Part shown: piece by piece, positions 27,190-34,213 of the stretch | Position numbering within the stretch: position 1 is the first letter of the stretch | How the letters are laid out: each line of letters opens with the position of its first letter | Assembly: GCA_964016885.1 (NCBI GenBank) | Contig: CAXHJY010000683.1 | Coordinates: 1 to 34,213 of the forward strand | DNA length: 34,213 nt | Direction of reading: 5' to 3' | From: Eledone cirrhosa | Taxonomy: Eukaryota | The notes under the pieces: model-generated | Told to the model about the DNA's origin: nothing | Databases searched by the model: none | What the model saw: the letters and a program-made list of their open reading frames with translations, nothing else | Translations under genes and position numbers: made by a program

Positions 27190-27240
27190 AGTTTCAGAAG
27201 ATCCCGTTAAGGGTGAAAGCAGCGATTTTTTGCTTAAACT
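27190..27240 (+). ncRNA. Hammerhead-like motif with variant core CAGAAGA in the PLE pLTR (family G)
   Basis: agttt-CAGAAGA-tccc(gttaa)gggt-GAAA-gca...tgc-TT-aaact. Same core in the copies at 25327-25377 (-) and 33681-33731 (-). Confidence 0.6.
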
Positions 27241-27346
27241 TTAATCTGTTATTTTAATAAATATTTGCTCTACGGTTCTTATATATTTGATATATATTTT
27301 CCTTATCGAGCCCTCTTTGGATTTTAGTCTTCAATTTTATTATTAT

Positions 27347-27442
<96 letters not shown>

Positions 27443-27460
27443 ATTCTTCCCACTCCGGTG

Positions 27461-27575
27461 GGAGGAATTTTAAAGATTCCTGGTTAACTTTCTTGGAGAA
27501 CTTTCTCGCATTCGGCACCGACGAATGCGAGAAAGTTCTCCAAGAAAGTTAACCAGGAATCTTTAAAATTCTTCC
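27461..27575. repeat. Hairpin with ~54-bp arms and 7-nt loop
   Basis: 27461-27514 is complementary to 27522-27575. Confidence 0.9.
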
Positions 27576-27730
27576 CCCCCCCCCGAAATTAACAAAGAAC
27601 TTACTAGATCTCCCAACTCATAATATTATAATATTATAAAATTAAATCAAACTATTTAGCACTACAAGTGAAGTCATTTTTTTCCTTTTTTTCAAATATA
27701 TATTTGTTGAGGCTTCCAAAACGAACAATT

Positions 27731-27780
<50 letters not shown>

Positions 27781-28531
27781 TATATATATAAAAATATATA
27801 TATATACTATATATACATATATATATGTATTTATTTATTTATTAAAATAATAGATTAATGTTTCAGTTTATATTTGATATATATTTATCCTTATCGAGTC
27901 CTCTTTGGATTTTAGTCTTCACATTTATTATTATTACTATATATACGTTTACTTTACTGCTTTCGGTCATCGACCATGCTGCATATGTTATGGAGACCCT
28001 TGACGCTACACACACACACACGCTACACACACACGTACCCCCCCTCCCCACACACGCGCGCACACACACACACACACGCACACACACACACATACACAAA
28101 CACACACACACACACACACTCACACACATTGTATATACAAAGTCCGTTGTCTATTTATTTCTAGACGTATATATACTTTTTATGTATTTATCTCTGTTGA
28201 AAGACAGCCATAAATTTTCCATTACATTTCTTGATTTGTTTTCAGCTCTCGTGCATCTTAGCAACAGAGTAGTACCTCCAATTTGTTGCGCAGATTGGCA
28301 TCACTAATACAATACCACCTTAATGTTCGAAATTGCACAGAAGCCTTGTGGCTGATGAGGAAGAGATGCAGCGGTCCGTTCGTCTTCTATAAATATGTGC
28401 ATATATTTTCTACTTATAAACTATACATACATAAATAAATGTACATTTATATATACATATATATGTATATATATATGTATATATATATAAATGTACATTT
28501 ATATGTACATATATATGTATATATATATGTA

Positions 28532-28562
<31 letters not shown>

Positions 28563-28874
28563 ATATATATATATATATTTATCTGTATCCCGATCGCTCA
28601 TGAAATCCACCCGGTTTATGCTGACCGGATAACCATGTTGCTTGTTTATTCCCATCTTTGCGTTGCTTTCATCCTTCTATGTTGTTTACTAGTCTCACTC
28701 GCTTTACGCGATTTACTTGTCCCAATAGCTTTATTTAGCTATTGCTCGCACCAACCTGAGGTATATGATTTTTAATACGATGAAATATCAATGATGGTCG
28801 GCAAATCACTGACGAAGGACTATTTTTATCATATGTAACCCATGTGCAACCACGCAGTATTCCTCTTTCTTCTC

Positions 28875-28965
<91 letters not shown>

Positions 28966-29099
28966 CCCGAGTTCAATCGAGGGTAACCACAGTAAGTAAG
29001 GTACTCAATACATAGCAGAGTATAAATATTCAATAATGAAAGGGCTTTCCTGATGATTTCCTTCCAATAAAACAGTTCTAGTCCTGTAGAAGCTATTTC

Positions 29100-29160
<61 letters not shown>

Positions 29161-29421
29161 AAGAATGAAGAGTAACATGGTTGGCTGTACAACAAGGGGC
29201 TTTATTTCAATTGTTTCATTGATCAGGTGAGTCTAGAGGCCGCTAATCGCTCGAAGTTGCGTCACTCGATCTCCAATACATTATTTACCTCTGATCAAAT
29301 CCTCAGAAGACAACGAATTCATACATGGCATGGTATATATATAGAGAGAGAAATAGCGTAGAATCAAAACAATAACAGCAATACTAAAATATAATGATAA
29401 ATAGGTAAAGAAGATACATAT

Positions 29422-29550
29422 GTAAAAAGTAAAAAGTAAAAAGTAAAAAGTAAAAAGTAAAAAGTAAAAAGTAAAAAGTAAAAAGTAAAAAGTAAAAAGT
29501 AAAAAGTAAAAAGTAAAAAGTAAAAAGTAAAAAGTAAAAAGTAAAAAGTA
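29422..29550. repeat. (GTAAAA)n hexamer array inside the pLTR
   Basis: About 21 perfect units; only about 3-4 units in the inverted copy at 31115-31140. Confidence 0.95.
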
Positions 29551-29960
29551 AGAAAAAAGATACAATAAAAAGTTAAAAAAAAAATAATAACAAATATAAA
29601 TAAATAAATATAAGTGAAAGCATATACGTACAGAATACGATAGTTGATAATATTGGTGGTGGTGAGTAAGTGTCTGTATAAGGATGCTGGGGTGGATGTA
29701 GTGCTAACATGAAAAGCCATATTTGAAACATACATATTTATGTGTAGAGAATCTGAGTTAGTAACAAATGACAGATAAAAGAAAAAGCAATAAATTAGAA
29801 ATGTGGGAGATACTAGTATCAGACCCAGGGCGAAGGATGGATGGTGAGGGGATTTTTTTTATATGTGCGTTTGGTAAATGGTTTGCTGATTGTCTTGTCT
29901 TAATGGGGTTGATGTGGTTTCAAGGAGAGAGGGTGAAAGAGATGTTAAGAGATTTATGAT

Positions 29961-31010
29961 CTAGTTACCAGTCACTTGACAGCTAATAGCGATGTGATGG
30001 TGTGTATTCCGTATGTTAAAATCCAGGTGGTTCAGTTCTAATTTTGGGATTGCTGGGTCGAATCGTGGTGGTTTGAAATGTGTGAACTTGGTAGCTATTT
30101 TGTGCCTACAGAACATTGATCTTTCTATGTTGCTGTTAAGCAGCATCTTATCGTATCTTAAGATATGGAATAACTCCATATTGCAAAGTCTGTAGTGGGA
30201 CATTCCATTGTTGTAGGCCCTTGCTCCCGATAATTTTGACCAGCTAATCCTATATTCTTGGTTTGTGTTTTTAAGCTGCCAGATTTTATTGGTGAGCGTT
30301 GTAGAGCTCTCCAGTCTACGGTTCTTCATGGAGTGTCTGTGAACGTACCATCTTTTTTTTAACTCTCCAGCCGTGGAACCTATGTAGTGCCATGTAAAGT
30401 TGCCTGAATTTATAGTACACAGGTACACCATACTTGAATCCAGGCATCTATTTTGTAGTGGACACTTATCCGGTAGGTGGCAGTTACAGTTGGAGGCCTT
30501 CCTGTGTGCAGGTTCGCCGTTGCGGTTTTGCATGTTGTTATAGGTGGGTTCAGATTTAGGCCTATTAATGTTTGTTGTGTGTGTGGTTGTGATGTTGTTA
30601 TGTGTTTGCGTTTTGTATTTGGTGCTATGGTGTATGTTGGTAGGTTATTTTCTTTAGAGATTCTTTTGTGGTTGATTTTATGTATGTGTGATTCTATGTT
30701 GGCTGCAGTAGAGTAAGATAGTTTCATAGTTTTTCTGTGAAAGATTCTATGGTATTTGTGTAGTTTAGGGAAGTGTTTGTCAATTAGTTTATGATAATGT
30801 AGAAGGTAGGTTGGTTTTTATAGAGGAGTTGAATATTGGATTGAACCATAAGTATTTTCTACCTCTGGATTTTCTATAGTTTCTATGGAACCTTATATTA
30901 GTGTTCGGTTCAGTTATTTTTGGTGCTCGTTGTCTAATTCTATGTTTAGTCCTATGTTTGTTATTTCTATAGGTGTGTGTAGTGTAGCTGTCGTTAGGTT
31001 TGTACGTTAA
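29961..31010 (-). pseudogene. Frameshifted PLE linker plus GIY-YIG endonuclease
   Basis: LWFNPIFN...KHFP...MKLSYST, then CNCHLPDKCPLQNRC..SMVY...HYIGST...KKRW..H..S...RLC..E...LN......CRH. Homologous to 25437-26261 but a distinct family. Confidence 0.88.
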
Positions 31011-31249
31011 AAATCTGTACTTATATGCTTTCTGTACTTATATGTTTTCCCTTATATTTATTTCTTTATATTTGTTATTATTTTTTTAATTTTCTTTTTA
31101 TTGTATTTTTTTTCTTACTTTTTACTTTTTACTTTTTACATATGTATCTTCTTTACCTATTTATCATTATATTTTATTATTGCTGTTATTGTTTTGATTC
31201 TACGCTATTTCTCTCTCTATATATATACCATGCCATGTATGAATTCGTT

Positions 31250-31360
31250 GTATTCTGAGGATTTGATCAGAGGTAAATAATGTATTGGAGATCGAGTGAC
31301 GCAACTTCGAGCGATTAGCGGCCTCTGGACTCACCTGATCAATGAAACAATTGTTAATAC
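31250..31360 (+). ncRNA. Type I hammerhead ribozyme with extended stem II in the PLE pLTR (family H)
   Basis: gtatt-CTGAGGA(31255-31261)-tttgatcag...ctgatcaat-GAAA(31344-31347)-caattg-TT-aatac. The partner at about 29205-29311 (-) lacks 10 nt at the cleavage site. Confidence 0.8.
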
Positions 31361-31461
31361 CTGAAATAAAGCCCCTTATTGTACAGCCAACCAAGTTACT
31401 CTTCATTCTTTAACTATTATTACTCCAAGTATAACCTACATAGGAATTCTCGCGGACTCGC

Positions 31462-32101
<640 letters not shown>

Positions 32102-32181
32102 TAAAAGAGAAAACACAGGTAAGCATTAAGAGAAAGATTTTATCCAGGTATTTACGACCGTTTTTGCTTCTCTAACTATAC

Positions 32182-32218
<37 letters not shown>

Positions 32219-32243
32219 GTTAGAGAAGCAAAAATGGTCGTAA

Positions 32244-32308
<65 letters not shown>

Positions 32309-32332
32309 AGTGTGTGTATGTACATGAACACA

Positions 32333-32430
32333 ATATCATCATCATCATACAGCTTGGTCGCATTCCAGCCATGCCTATCACGTTTGATGTCTGCCATTGT
32401 CTGTCCACCCCCGCGGACGTCTGTGTTCGT
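32333..32430 (-). mobile_element. Possible LINE (RTE-like) 3' end with (GAT)n tail
   Basis: Minus frame ...KRDRHGW... followed by (GAT)4. Confidence 0.35.
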
Positions 32431-32538
32431 CGTAGTCATACTGTTATAAATATACAAAGAATGAGTGAGAGGGGGGTGGGGGGGGGAAGAGAGAGGAGGG
32501 AGGGGGTGAGAGAAGAAATGAAGAGAGAAAGAGTGAGA

Positions 32539-33041
<503 letters not shown>

Positions 33042-33245
33042 ACGTGAAGGAGCTGTGAATTGTAGTGTTGTGAAATAAGCCACATTATCAGGTGTATAGT
33101 AAGTGCGCCTGACCTCTGTAGGCGGGGAAAACAATGGCAGCACTGATTTACTTCACAATCTCAAAGACCACAGAATAATGGACCATACCTTCTGTCTGTC
33201 TGGCTAGTTGTGTGTATATATATATATATATATATGTGTGTGTAC

Positions 33246-33560
<315 letters not shown>

Positions 33561-33571
33561 ATATATATATA

Positions 33572-33759
33572 TAATAATAATAAATATGAAGACTAAAATC
33601 CAAAGAGGGCTCGATAAGGATAAATATATATCAAATATATAAGAACCGTAGAGCAAATATTTATTAAAATAACAGATTAAAGTTTAAGCAAAGAATCGCT
33701 GCTTTCACCCTTAACGGGATCTTCTGAAACTAACAAAGTCAATCTGTAAACGCAGATGT

Positions 33760-33762
<3 letters not shown>
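33572..33762 (-). mobile_element. Solo 3' pLTR fragment of the PLE at 25321-27350, including the CAGAAGA hammerhead-like motif
   Basis: Reverse complement of about 27160-27348; flanked by (TA)n. Confidence 0.82.
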
Positions 33763-33804
<42 letters not shown>

Positions 33805-33974
33805 TATAGATATATATATATATATATATATAAATGGAATAGAATGAAACGAAATTTCATTTCTCACTCTTAGAACGGCACTTACTTAAATGCAAGTATG
33901 TATGTATACGTACATGGTGGCTGCCAACTCGTTTTCGAGTACGGCCACTACTTTATATCCATGTAGGAGAACCC

Positions 33975-34148
33975 CTACCAATGCGCTGAACAAGTGTGAC
34001 TTTTTAGGCCAGCCAGCGACTTCAAAACTCTGGTACAAACACTACACTTGTGACAATTATTGACACATAGTGCTGGGCCCATGGTACCATGTGACGACAA
34101 GTGCAGAGAGATCTCCAGATATAAAGCAATGCCTGTGCCGTGAAGCTT
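33975..34148 (-). pseudogene. Short frame ending in a C2H2 zinc finger, probably a decayed RTE/BovB-like LINE C-terminus
   Basis: My translation: ...NNCHKCSVCTRVLKSLAGLKSHTCSAHW*. In-frame stops lie just upstream. Confidence 0.5.
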
Positions 34149-34213
34149 TTATAGTTAGCAAAGGCACTGCACAAAGCCAGTCCCACTCTCTTAACCAAGT
34201 TGATATTTACCAA

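Larger units (their letters stand above)
25321..27350 (+). mobile_element. 5'-truncated Penelope-like retroelement with inverted partial pLTR
   Basis: Contains a GIY-YIG ORF; 25321-25431 is the reverse complement of 27136-27246; the 3' end runs into (TA)n. Confidence 0.9.
29156..31415 (-). mobile_element. 5'-truncated Penelope-like retroelement with inverted pLTR copy
   Basis: Frameshifted GIY-YIG coding region on the minus strand; 29156-29634 is the inverted counterpart of 31031-31415. Confidence 0.9.

Noticed and set aside
28348-28410. CTGATGA followed by a ggaaga/tcttct hairpin as a hammerhead
   Set aside because: No GAAA after the hairpin and no stem I pairing.
34022-34213. 63-aa minus-strand ORF at the window end
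   Set aside because: No recognisable motif; the overlapping alternative frame with the C2H2 finger is more informative.

Overview
Eukaryotic, AT-rich, microsatellite-dominated non-coding DNA. The SINE types and (TA)n density suggest a cephalopod such as Octopus (inference). I cannot support any host protein-coding gene; nearly all listed ORFs are translations of simple repeats. The unique islands between (TA)n tracts are mostly retroelement debris: two 5'-truncated Penelope-like elements (PLEs) with RT-thumb plus GIY-YIG coding remnants and inverted pseudo-LTRs (25321-27350, 29156-31415), tRNA-derived SINEs, RTE-type LINE 3' ends, an old palindromic MITE and several complex satellites. The main hidden signal is about 18 type-I hammerhead ribozyme (HHR) motifs (CUGANGA-stem II-GAAA-short, often palindromic stem III-UH) of roughly nine sequence types. 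Some are atypical: a ~115-nt stem II, a ~38-bp stem I, a fixed CAGAAGA core, and half-ribozymes at fold-back junctions. Many lie in small fold-back cassettes inserted in (TA)n, whose hairpin tips carry short templated re-copies of the arms. All structures were paired by eye; none was computed or tested.
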